A stretch of DNA of 61,271 nucleotides from assembly GCA_035457525.1 (NCBI GenBank), contig DATIBN010000268.1, positions 1 through 61,271 of the forward strand, in the 5' to 3' direction. The position numbers and the translations under genes are program-made. The number at the start of each line of letters is the position of its first letter. The stretch's first letter is position 1. Source of the stretch: Thermoanaerobaculia bacterium. GTDB lineage: Bacteria > Acidobacteriota > Thermoanaerobaculia > UBA5066 > Gp7-AA6. Under the pieces are notes generated by a model. The model was not told the origin of the DNA, made no database searches, and saw only the letters and a program-made list of their open reading frames with translations. Below, piece by piece: positions 37,627-46,197 of this stretch.

Positions 37627-39068
37627 GCGGACAGCGCATTCTGATCGTGGACGACGAAGCTTCGATCCGCGACATGCTCGGGTTCTTCTTCCACAAGAGG
37701 GGATTCGAGGTCCTGACGGCTTCGAACTTCACCGAGGGGCAGGCCTCGGCGCTGCGCTCGACCCCCGACCTCATCCTGTCCGACATCAAGATGCCGGACG
37801 GCAACGGGCTGGACCTCCTCCGGAGGGTCAAGGCGGAGTCCCCGAAGACGCCGGTCATCATGATCACCGCCCATACGTCGACTCCCGACGCCATCGAGGC
37901 GATGAAGGCCGGCGCGGTGGACTACATCGCGAAACCCTTCAACATCGAAGAGCTCGGCCTGATCGTCGACCGCGCGCTCGGTGAAAAGCAGCTGCGCGAC
38001 GAGAACATCTACCTCAAGCAGGAGCTCGCGGCCAAGTACACCTTCGCGAACATCATCGGCAAGGGCTCGCGGATGCAGGAGATCTTCCGCACGATCGAGC
38101 GCATCGCGAAGGTCTCCTCGACGGTGCTCCTGACCGGCGAGAGCGGAACGGGCAAGGAGCTCATCGCCCGCGCCATCCACTACACCTCCATCCGCAAGGA
38201 TCGCAAGTTCGTCTCGATCAATTGCGGCGCGCTGCCCGAGCCGCTGCTGGAGTCCGAGCTCTTCGGCCACGAGCGCGGGGCGTTCACCGGCGCCATCAAG
38301 GACAAGCGGGGCCTTTTCACGGAGGCGGACAACGGGACTCTTTTCTTAGACGAGATCTCCGAGACGACGGTCACGATGCAGGTCAAGCTCCTGCGCGCCA
38401 TCCAGGAGAAAGTGATCCGGAAAGTCGGTGGCAACGAGGAGGTCAGCGTCGACGTCCGGATCATCGCCGCCACGAACAAGGACCTGTCCGACCTCGTCGC
38501 GGCCGGCAAGTTCCGGGAGGACCTGTTCTACCGCATCAACGTCATCCCGATTCCGCTCCCTCCGCTGCGCGCGCGGCTCGAGGACATCGCCCCGCTGACG
38601 CAGCATTTCATCGGCAAGATCTGCAAGGAGCAGAAAATCCCGGAGAAGAAGATCTCGACCGAGGCGATGCGCCTCCTGGAGGCGTACCCATGGCCGGGCA
38701 ACGTCCGCGAGCTCGAGAACACGCTCGAACGGACCGTAGCGCTCGAGGCGGGTCCGGTCATCAACGTGTCGAGCCTGCCGGAGTCGATCGCGCTCGGCGT
38801 CAAGACCCGGGTCCCCGACTTCGAGAGCCTCCCCCAGGAGGGGATCAACCTCGAGAGCTACCTCGAGGCGGTCGGCAAGCGGCTGATGCGCGAAGCTCTC
38901 GACCGCTCCGACGGCGTTCAGACGAAAGCGGCGGAGCTCCTCCACATGTCGTTCCGGTCCTTCCGTTACTACGCCAAGAAGTACTCCCTCGTGCGGCGGG
39001 ACGACCTCTACGAGGCGGAAGGGACGAACGGCGAGGAGCCGCCGGTCGCGGAAGTCGAGGGCGCCTAA
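37623..39068 (+). CDS. pilR: Sigma-54-dependent response regulator PilR-like (NtrC family)
   Basis: Receiver (ILIVDDE..., LILSDIKMPDGNG, KP), AAA+ (GESGTGKE, GAFTGA, ESELFGHE) and a C-terminal Fis-type HTH. ATGA overlap with pilS. Confidence 0.85.
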   Translation: MSGQRILIVDDEASIRDMLGFFFHKRGFEVLTASNFTEGQASALRSTPDLILSDIKMPDGNGLDLLRRVKAESPKTPVIMITAHTSTPDAIEAMKAGAVDYIAKPFNIEELGLIVDRALGEKQLRDENIYLKQELAAKYTFANIIGKGSRMQEIFRTIERIAKVSSTVLLTGESGTGKELIARAIHYTSIRKDRKFVSINCGALPEPLLESELFGHERGAFTGAIKDKRGLFTEADNGTLFLDEISETTVTMQVKLLRAIQEKVIRKVGGNEEVSVDVRIIAATNKDLSDLVAAGKFREDLFYRINVIPIPLPPLRARLEDIAPLTQHFIGKICKEQKIPEKKISTEAMRLLEAYPWPGNVRELENTLERTVALEAGPVINVSSLPESIALGVKTRVPDFESLPQEGINLESYLEAVGKRLMREALDRSDGVQTKAAELLHMSFRSFRYYAKKYSLVRRDDLYEAEGTNGEEPPVAEVEGA

Positions 39069-39072
39069 ACAG

Positions 39073-39564
39073 GTGTCGGGTGTCCGGGGTCGGGGGTCGG
39101 ACTGGGCCGCCCTGATCCCGTTCCTGCTGGTCTCCGCCTGTGGAGGCGCGGCCAAGAGCTCACCCTCGCCGACCCCGGCGGCAGCGATCACGGGACCGAG
39201 AGTCGTCCTGCCTTCCGGCGCCGTCTACAAGGTCGAGATCGCTCGAACGCCCGAGGAGCAGACGCAGGGCCTCATGTTCCGCGAGAGCCTGCCGGACCGC
39301 ACCGGGATGCTCTTTCTCTTCACGGACGCGGCCCCGCACCGTTTCTGGATGAAGAACACGATGATCCCGCTCGACATGATCTGGATGGACGGCGACGGAC
39401 GCGTGCTCTTCGTTTCGGCGAACACGCCCCCCTGCAAGGCCGATCCCTGTCCCAACTACGGGCCCGACGTCCCTGCGGCGAGCGTGCTCGAGATCGCGGG
39501 AGGCCTGGCGGCGAAGGAGAAGGTGACCGTCGGATCCACGATCCGGTTCGAAGAGGTGAAGTGA
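39073..39564 (+). CDS. DUF192 domain-containing lipoprotein
   Basis: Lipobox LLVSAC. GLMFRESLPDRTGMLFLF...RFWMKNTMIPLDMIWMD is the DUF192 core. GTG start 4 nt after the pilR stop. Confidence 0.7.
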   Translation: MSGVRGRGSDWAALIPFLLVSACGGAAKSSPSPTPAAAITGPRVVLPSGAVYKVEIARTPEEQTQGLMFRESLPDRTGMLFLFTDAAPHRFWMKNTMIPLDMIWMDGDGRVLFVSANTPPCKADPCPNYGPDVPAASVLEIAGGLAAKEKVTVGSTIRFEEVK

Positions 39565-40094
39565 TGCAGATGCTGACATTCGAGGGTGATCGGCGCGAGT
39601 TCCGTTCTCCGCCGATCTGTTGCTGCTGCTCGACGACCGTGGATCTGGCGAGCCCCCGGGAGAGCCACACGATCGAGGTCGGTACGCCCCTCGGCGAGGC
39701 GGACGCTCGCGAGCCGATCGTCGTCGCAGCCTGCGAGCCATGTCAGCACCACTGGACCGAAACCTCGAAGGGAACGAAGGTCGGTGCCGCGCTCGTCGGA
39801 TTGAGTGTGCTGATCGTCGCGATTGCGTTCTGGAAGGGCAGACTCACTTTGCTCGTCGGATGTCTGACGCTCATAGTCATGGTCGTCGTCACCGGGCTTC
39901 TCACGCAGTTCGTCTTCCGAACGAAGCTCGATCCCGCCTGCCACAGCGGGCCGAACGGGCCCATCGAGGCGAAGCAGACAGGCGAGGGAAAGCTCGAGCT
40001 CCGCTTCTGGAATCCCCGGTTCGCCGGCGAATTCGGAAGGCTGAACGGAGCGTCCGAAGACGACCTGAAGAAAATTACCGAAGTCGAGAGCTGA
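39561..40094 (+). CDS. Hypothetical Cys-rich membrane protein
   Basis: 177-aa ORF (GTG 39561 or ATG 39564, overlapping the DUF192 stop). N-terminal PPICCCCS...ACEPCQHHW, two TM helices, and a charged C-terminus. I recognise no family. Confidence 0.5.
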   Translation: MMQMLTFEGDRREFRSPPICCCCSTTVDLASPRESHTIEVGTPLGEADAREPIVVAACEPCQHHWTETSKGTKVGAALVGLSVLIVAIAFWKGRLTLLVGCLTLIVMVVVTGLLTQFVFRTKLDPACHSGPNGPIEAKQTGEGKLELRFWNPRFAGEFGRLNGASEDDLKKITEVES

Positions 40095-40101
40095 CGAGTT
40101 C

Positions 40102-41874
40102 TTACGGTTCGAACAGAAACAGCCCGTCGCCCGCGGTGCCCACGTAGAGCCGCCCTTCGGGGGTGGCGAACGTCGAGGCGATCGAGAGACCGGGCCGGGG
40201 ACTCTTGACGGCGCGGCGGCGGCCGGAGACTTCCTCCCACACGAGGTTGCCGTCGACCTCCCGCACGGGCGTGCGCACCGGTGCGGGCTGGACGTCGCCG
40301 CGGTAGTTGTCGAGAAAGCGCCCTCCGGCGAGGAGCGTCCGGCGGCGCGTGTCCCACGCGGTGCCGTCCCACCGGAACGAGCCGCCGGCCGTGCGCACCT
40401 CGAGGATGGGGGCTCCGCCTCCGTCGGCGAGCAGTTCGGCGGCGGACGGCGCCTCGGGGCTGCCGGCGATCGGGACGAAGCTCCGTCCGTCCGGCGTCCG
40501 GAAGACCCCGGCCGTGGTCACGAGTATGGGCGAGCCGAATTCCTTCCCGTAGAGGGCGAGCGGCGTCCCGGGAGGCGGGTTGCCCGGGATCGACCAGCGC
40601 TGCCCCCCGTCGAGCGAGACGCGCAGGCCGTTGAAGCTCGAGAGCAGGAGGACCGTCGCACCCTCCGGGTCCAGGAAGGCGACGAGCGACGCCGAGGGTG
40701 GCAGCGGGTCGAGCGACAGCCGCCGCACGCGCATGCCCCTCGCCTCCCACACACCGCTCTCTCCTCCGGCGTAGGCGCGGAAGAAGAAGAGGCGCTCCGG
40801 GTCCTTCGGGTCGGCGACGAGGTCCGAAACCCTTCCCTCGGCGAGACCCACCGAGCCGGCCGCGAGTGAGGCGCCCCCGTCGTCCGAGTAGAAGACGCCT
40901 TCCCCCTCCGTTCCGACGTAGAGGCGGCCGGTGCGCCCGTCGACGTCGAGAGCGGTCACGACGAGCGTCTCGCGGGAGATCCGCGACCACGATTCGCCGC
41001 CGTCGGTCGAGCGGTGCAGGCCTCCGACCGTCCCGGCGTAGATCACGCCCGGACGCTTCGGATCGCGCCGCACGTTGTGCGAGCGGCGGTTCGTGAACCC
41101 GGTCTTGACGCGGGTCCACCGGTTGCCGCCATCCTTCGTCCGGTAGACCCAGCCGCACGTGGATACCCAGATGTCTTTCGGATCCGCCGGCGCGAAGTCC
41201 CACGAATACACGGATGCGTCCAGGACCATGCCTTCGGCGATGCGGTTCCACGTGCGGCCGCCGTCCGTCGTCCGGAAGGCCTGCCGCCACGTTCCCGCGT
41301 AGAGCGTGCCCGGATCGTCCGGAGCGAACGCGAGCGACTCGACCTGGTAGAGGCCGGGAACCATGTCGCCCGTCAGAGTCCACGTGTCGCCGCCGTCCTT
41401 CGAGAGCCGCACGCCGTCGTCGCCGCCGACGGCGAGAAGAGGCGGCCTTCCCGGTTCGCCCGGCGCGAGGGCGAGCGCGCGCGTCGCAACCGATGTCCTC
41501 CATCGCGCGAGCACGGTCCAGGTCGCGCCGGTGTCTTCGCTCATGACGACGAGGCCCCCCTGGTACTGCCCGGCGAGCGAAGCCCAGAGCCGGCCGGGGC
41601 GGCTCGGGTCGGCGATCAGCCCCGTCGCGATGTAGCCGGGGAACGCGGCTCCCTGGCGCAGCGGGTTCCACGTCGCCCCGCCGTCGGTCGAGCCGTAGAA
41701 GTTCCCGCGCGACGTGCCGCAGTAGAGGCGGTTGGCCTCGAACGGGTCGACCGCGAAGACCTTCACCTCCGCGCCCCACAGCGGCAGCCGCCACCAGTTC
41801 GCGGCCTGTCCGCGCCCGGCGCAGAGCGCCAGGGCGAGGACGGTGAGTGCAATCCGAGCGGTCGGCCGGTTCAT
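40102..41874 (-). CDS. Secreted BNR/Asp-box repeat beta-propeller protein
   Basis: Signal peptide, then repeated S-x-D-x-G-x-T-W boxes: STDGGATW, SEDTGATW, SKDGGDTW, TTDGGRTW, TKDGGNRW, STDGGESW, SLDGGQRW. Confidence 0.8.
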   Translation of the reverse strand: MNRPTARIALTVLALALCAGRGQAANWWRLPLWGAEVKVFAVDPFEANRLYCGTSRGNFYGSTDGGATWNPLRQGAAFPGYIATGLIADPSRPGRLWASLAGQYQGGLVVMSEDTGATWTVLARWRTSVATRALALAPGEPGRPPLLAVGGDDGVRLSKDGGDTWTLTGDMVPGLYQVESLAFAPDDPGTLYAGTWRQAFRTTDGGRTWNRIAEGMVLDASVYSWDFAPADPKDIWVSTCGWVYRTKDGGNRWTRVKTGFTNRRSHNVRRDPKRPGVIYAGTVGGLHRSTDGGESWSRISRETLVVTALDVDGRTGRLYVGTEGEGVFYSDDGGASLAAGSVGLAEGRVSDLVADPKDPERLFFFRAYAGGESGVWEARGMRVRRLSLDPLPPSASLVAFLDPEGATVLLLSSFNGLRVSLDGGQRWSIPGNPPPGTPLALYGKEFGSPILVTTAGVFRTPDGRSFVPIAGSPEAPSAAELLADGGGAPILEVRTAGGSFRWDGTAWDTRRRTLLAGGRFLDNYRGDVQPAPVRTPVREVDGNLVWEEVSGRRRAVKSPRPGLSIASTFATPEGRLYVGTAGDGLFLFEP

Positions 41875-41899
41875 GATTTCGTGTCTGTCGAAAAAACGG

Positions 41900-42781
41900 T
41901 CAGGTCTTCGAGACTCGAGCTCCTGTCCTGTGGTCCGCCCTCCAAGGATAACCGGGATCGGCGGCGCCGCGACGGACGGCGGTCACCTCCGCGAGGATCG
42001 AGACGGCGATCTCTTCCGGGGTCACGGCGCCGATCGCGAGCCCGATGGGCGCCCGGACCTGCCGGAGCCTGTCCTCCGAAACCCCTTCCTCCGCGAGACG
42101 GGTCAGAACGCCCCGGACCTTCCGGGCGGAGCCGATCAAGCCGAGATAGCGCGACGGCGGCCCGTCGGCCGCGACCCAGGGGCGCAGGGCCGCGAGATCG
42201 GTCTCCCAGCAGCGCGAGACGATCGCCACGTACCGGTCGCGCCCGCGCGGGAGCGCTTCCGAGGGGAGGTCGTAGTTCCGGGTCGTCCGCACGGCTCTCA
42301 CCCCCGCCGCGAACCGCTCGGGCCGGGAGTACTCTTCGCGGTCGTCGCCGACGGTGACGTCATAGCCCAGGTCGCGGCCAAGCCGAGCAAGGGCTCTGCC
42401 AACGTGACCGCCGCCGAGGATCACGAGCGAAGGCGAGGCCTTCAGGAGCTCGATCGACACGCGCGCCGAGCCGCCGCAGATCATGTTCGTCGGCTCGCGC
42501 TCCTGCCCCGACTCGATCTCCCGCTCGAAGAAGTCGTACCACTTGAGGATCCGCGCGGGGCCCCCGTCCCGGAAGAGCGCGCCGGCGTCGGCGACGACGA
42601 GCGCCTCGAAGGGGCCGCCGCCGATCGTGCCCTCGAAGCCGCCGTCCTCGAAGATCAGGAACCGCCGCCCGATGCGCGACGGGCCGGAGCCCCGGGTCTC
42701 GACCACGCTCGCGAGTACCACCCGGCCACGCTCCTCGAGCTTCGCCGTCAGGTCCCGATAGAAGGTCTCGTCGCCGCTCAC
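41900..42781 (-). CDS. XdhC/CoxI family accessory protein
   Basis: N-terminal XdhC_CoxI region (VLASVVETRGSGPSRIGRRFLI) and a Rossmann-like LVILGGGHVGRALARLG. The last about 9 codons and the stop lie in a solo repeat arm. Confidence 0.75.
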   Translation of the reverse strand: MSGDETFYRDLTAKLEERGRVVLASVVETRGSGPSRIGRRFLIFEDGGFEGTIGGGPFEALVVADAGALFRDGGPARILKWYDFFEREIESGQEREPTNMICGGSARVSIELLKASPSLVILGGGHVGRALARLGRDLGYDVTVGDDREEYSRPERFAAGVRAVRTTRNYDLPSEALPRGRDRYVAIVSRCWETDLAALRPWVAADGPPSRYLGLIGSARKVRGVLTRLAEEGVSEDRLRQVRAPIGLAIGAVTPEEIAVSILAEVTAVRRGAADPGYPWRADHRTGARVSKT

Positions 42782-42815
42782 GGATCAATTTTAGCGGGCT
42801 GGTAGCATCCGCGCG

Positions 42816-43685
42816 ATGCCGAGCGTCAAGGTAGCGGTCTTCCCGGCGGCCGGGCTGGGGACCCGATTCCTCCCCGCCACCAAGGCGCAGCCCAAGGAGA
42901 TGCTTCCTTTAGTCGACCGCCCCCTCGTTCAGTACGTCGTCGAGGAAGCGAAAGCTGCCGGGATCGAGCGCATCGTGATCGTGACGGGGCGCGGGAAAAA
43001 CGCGATCGAGGACCACTTCGACACGTCGTTCGAGCTCGAGAAGCTGCTCGAGGACCGCGGCAAGGAGGACCTGCTCGCCATCGTGCGCGAGATCTCCGAC
43101 ATGATCCCGCTCGCCTATGTCCGCCAGAAACAGGCGCTCGGCCTCGGGCACGCGATCCTCCAGGCGAAGGACCTCGTGGGTAACCAGCCGTTCGCCGTCA
43201 TGCTCGGCGACGACATCGTGGACTCCGTCGAGCCCTGCATCGGGCAGATGATGCGGCTCTTCGAGGAGCGCGGAAACCCCGTGATCGCCGTACAGGAGGT
43301 CCCGCGCGAGGAGACCCGCCAGTACGGCATCGTCGCGGGGGTCAAGGAAAACGAGCGCGTCGTCCGGATTTCCGGAATGGTCGAAAAGCCGTCGCCCGAA
43401 AAGGCGCCCTCGAACCTCGCCATCATCGGGCGGTACATCCTTCCCCCCGAGATCTTCGAGATCCTGGAGGAGACGCGATCCGACGCCGGCGGCGAGATCC
43501 AGCTCACCTCGGGGCTGGCGACGCTCCTCGACCGCCGTCCCATCGACGGCTACCTCTTCGAGGGCACGCGCTACGACGCCGGCGACAAGCTCGGGTTCCT
43601 GAAGGCGACGGTCGAGTTCGCGTTGAAGAGGAAGGACCTGGGTGAGCCGTTCCGGGAGTACCTGAAGACCTTGAAGCTCGACTAG
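42816..43685 (+). CDS. galU: UTP--glucose-1-phosphate uridylyltransferase
   Basis: VFPAAGLGTRFLPATKAQPKEMLPLVDRPLVQYVVEE..., the canonical GalU N-terminus. 289 aa. Confidence 0.92.
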   Translation: MPSVKVAVFPAAGLGTRFLPATKAQPKEMLPLVDRPLVQYVVEEAKAAGIERIVIVTGRGKNAIEDHFDTSFELEKLLEDRGKEDLLAIVREISDMIPLAYVRQKQALGLGHAILQAKDLVGNQPFAVMLGDDIVDSVEPCIGQMMRLFEERGNPVIAVQEVPREETRQYGIVAGVKENERVVRISGMVEKPSPEKAPSNLAIIGRYILPPEIFEILEETRSDAGGEIQLTSGLATLLDRRPIDGYLFEGTRYDAGDKLGFLKATVEFALKRKDLGEPFREYLKTLKLD

Positions 43686-43700
43686 ATCCTGGGGGATCCT

Positions 43701-43771
43701 GGGGTCAGGCAGGCATTTTGGTGTTTCGGTCGCGGATGGGGCATCTAAAGCCAAACCCCACGCCTGACCCC
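43701..43771. repeat. 71-bp subfamily A element GGGGTCAGGC...GCCTGACCCC
   Basis: 10-bp perfect terminal inverted repeats. The interior GCATTTTGGTGTT resembles the 50165 copy. It is preceded by a tandem GATCCTGGGG GATCCTGGGG. Confidence 0.85.
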
Positions 43772-43775
43772 AGTC

Positions 43776-43817
43776 AGCCGTATCCGGGAGTACCTGAAGA
43801 CCTTGAAGCTCGACTAG
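43776..43817 (+). repeat. Relic duplicate of the last ~41 nt of galU, including its stop codon
   Basis: 43783-43817 is identical to 43651-43685 (35/35). The match extends to AGCCGT with one extra base. Its CTAG also supplies the stop of the convergent zinc-ribbon gene. Confidence 0.9.
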
Positions 43818-44128
43818 TCTCTGGACTTCGGCTTTTTCGGTTTCTCCGGCTTCTCTTTCTTCTCGCTCTTGTCAGCGCTCGAGTCCTTCGACTCTCCCGA
43901 TCCTTCCTTCGTGTCGGCGGCCGCTTCCTTCTTCTTCTGCTCCCCTTTCGACCCGGCGTAGTCGGTCACGTACCAGCCCGAGCCCTTGAACTGGATCGCG
44001 GGCACCGAGAACGCCTTCTTCAGCTTGCCGCCGCAATGCGGACAGATCTTCAGCGGCTTCTCGCCGACCCGTTGGATCGCTTCGGTCCGGCGGCCGCACG
44101 CCTCGCAGTCGTATTCGTAAATCGGCAT
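43814..44128 (-). CDS. FmdB-family zinc-ribbon protein with a Lys/Glu-rich tail
   Basis: MPIYEYDCEACG...CPHCGG, followed by a low-complexity K/E/S tail. 104 aa. Confidence 0.8.
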   Translation of the reverse strand: MPIYEYDCEACGRRTEAIQRVGEKPLKICPHCGGKLKKAFSVPAIQFKGSGWYVTDYAGSKGEQKKKEAAADTKEGSGESKDSSADKSEKKEKPEKPKKPKSRD

Positions 44129-44167
44129 CGGGAATTCTCGGCGTTCGGAGTCTCGAACCGCGCCCGC

Positions 44168-44932
44168 TCAGCCGCCGAGGGATCCGCCCTCCGTCTTCCA
44201 TTGTATTTTCCGCCCGCCGGGAGCCTCTTTCACCCGCACGAGGTCGAGACAGAAGAAGGCGTAGAGAAGTCGCGCGTTCTCCGCGACGCTTCCGGGCCCG
44301 CGCTGACAGAGGATCTGGACGGGCGTGCGCCCGTCCACGAGGCCGCGCAGGGAGATCTCCTCGGGCGTGAAGACGCCCGGCGCGAGCGCCGCCTCCGCCT
44401 GCTCGAGTACGGCATGGCCGGAGCCCAGCCGGTCGACGAACCGCCGCACGTTCGCGGCTCGCCGTATGCCCTCCACGATGACCCGGGTGATCGAGAGGTC
44501 GATGCGCACGGTCTCGCCCTCACGCGCGCCGCCCACCTCGAACACCACCTCCCCGTCGTCCCAGTCGAACGCGCCCCAGAGGATCTCGCGCACCTGGTCC
44601 GCGACGGCGGCCTCGAGCGTGGCCGAATCGAGGAGCTCGAGCCGCAGGAGGACCTGGCCCAGACGGATCCCGTCCCCGGCGAGCCGGGATTCGGCGCTGT
44701 GGACGGCGTCCTCGGGCAGAGTGCCGTGCCGGATGAGGTAATTGCCGAGACGGACCTCGCGCTCGTTGGAGGTCGCGAAGATCACGAGGCCGTTGTCCAG
44801 GTAGATCCGCCGATGCGCGTCGCCGCGCTTCACCGAGAGCGCTCCGGGAACGCGGTAGCGCTCGATCGTGGCGAGGATCTCGGGCAGTGGAGTGACCGCG
44901 AGATCTCCGCGGTACTCGAACTTCTTTTCCAT
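44168..44932 (-). CDS. DUF4388 domain-containing protein
   Basis: N-terminal GDLAVTPLPEILATIERYRVPGALSVKRG fits the DUF4388 (PatA-N-like) pattern. 254 aa. Confidence 0.6.
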   Translation of the reverse strand: MEKKFEYRGDLAVTPLPEILATIERYRVPGALSVKRGDAHRRIYLDNGLVIFATSNEREVRLGNYLIRHGTLPEDAVHSAESRLAGDGIRLGQVLLRLELLDSATLEAAVADQVREILWGAFDWDDGEVVFEVGGAREGETVRIDLSITRVIVEGIRRAANVRRFVDRLGSGHAVLEQAEAALAPGVFTPEEISLRGLVDGRTPVQILCQRGPGSVAENARLLYAFFCLDLVRVKEAPGGRKIQWKTEGGSLGG

Positions 44933-45000
44933 GAGCGGGATTCGTCATCCATGGTACCCGAACTCGACGTTTTCCGCCGCCATCTAGAATCGGCGCCGAC

Positions 45001-46197
45001 ATGATCACGGTGGACGAGGCGTACGCGATCCTGGACCTCGCCGTTGCGCCGCTGCCCCCGGAGGACGTACCGCTGCGGCAGGCGCGGGATCGCGTCGTCG
45101 CCGCCGACGTGGCGTCGGACGTGGACTGGCCGCCGTTCGATACCTCCGCGATGGACGGGTACGCGGTCCGGGCGGACGAGGTCCGCGGGGAAGGCGCCCT
45201 CCGGGAACGTCCCGGGCTCGTCGCCGCCGGCGACCCGCCGCCGACGCCGCTCTCTCCCGGGGAGGCGGTTCGGCTCATGACCGGCGCGCCGCTGCCCGCC
45301 GGCGCCGACGCCGTCGTGCCGGTCGAGCTCTCGCGGCGGGAGGGGGGCCGCGTCGTTTTCGAGCGGATCCCGGAGGCCGGCGCTCACCTGCGACGCCGGG
45401 GCGAAAGCGTCGCGCGGGGGACCGTTCTCCTGCGCGCCGGGGACCGGCTCGGGGCGCGGGCCGTCGCGCTCGCCGCTCTCGCCGGGAAGGACCCGGTGGC
45501 CGTGCGCCGCCGCCCGCGGGTCGCGGTCGCGGCGACGGGCAACGAGCTCGTCTCCGCGGACGGCCGGCCGGCTGCGGGAAAGATGCGCGACTCGAACGGC
45601 CCCATGCTCGAGGCGCTGTGCGGAGCACGCGGGTGGCCGGTCGTCCGCCTCGAGAGGGTCGCGGACGAACCCGCCGCCGTCGCGCGGCTCTTCGACGGCT
45701 TCGACGACGCCGACGTCCTCGTGACGAGCGGCGGCGTTTCCGCGGGAGATCTCGACCTTCTGCCCGCCGCCGCGCAGACGATGGGATGGGAGATCCTCTT
45801 CCATCGCGTCGCGGTTCGTCCGGGAAAACCGATCGCGTTCGCGCGGCGCGGCGGCCGGTTCTGGTTCGGCCTTCCGGGCAACCCGGTGTCCGCGTCGGTC
45901 ACCTTCCACCTCTTCGTGCGGCGGGCGCTCGATCGGATGGAAGGCGTCGATCCCCCGGGCGCGCCCGCCGTCGCGGCCCGGCTCGTGAGCGCACTCGGCC
46001 CGCCGGGGCCGCGGGAGACCTACCAGGACGCCGTGCTGTCGGAGAAGGACGGTCTCCGCCGCGTCGAGGCCCTCGAGACGGCCGGGAGCCACGACATCGC
46101 GGCACACGCCCGCGCGAACGCGCTCATCCTTCTGCCGGCCGGCGCCGGCCCGCTCGAAAGAGAATCGGTCGTGACATGCGTGCTGCTCGACCGGTAG
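45001..46197 (+). CDS. moeA: Molybdopterin molybdenumtransferase
   Basis: DWPPFDTSAMDGYAV, MTGAPLP, SGGVSAGDLD, V.VRPGKP, the MoeA signature blocks. Confidence 0.88.
   Translation: MITVDEAYAILDLAVAPLPPEDVPLRQARDRVVAADVASDVDWPPFDTSAMDGYAVRADEVRGEGALRERPGLVAAGDPPPTPLSPGEAVRLMTGAPLPAGADAVVPVELSRREGGRVVFERIPEAGAHLRRRGESVARGTVLLRAGDRLGARAVALAALAGKDPVAVRRRPRVAVAATGNELVSADGRPAAGKMRDSNGPMLEALCGARGWPVVRLERVADEPAAVARLFDGFDDADVLVTSGGVSAGDLDLLPAAAQTMGWEILFHRVAVRPGKPIAFARRGGRFWFGLPGNPVSASVTFHLFVRRALDRMEGVDPPGAPAVAARLVSALGPPGPRETYQDAVLSEKDGLRRVEALETAGSHDIAAHARANALILLPAGAGPLERESVVTCVLLDR

Noticed and set aside
39743-41794. 683-aa - strand ORF overlapping the BNR-repeat gene in another frame
   Set aside because: The 590-aa frame (40102..41874) has a signal peptide and seven Asp-box repeats. 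The 683-aa frame is Arg/Pro/Gly-rich without motifs.
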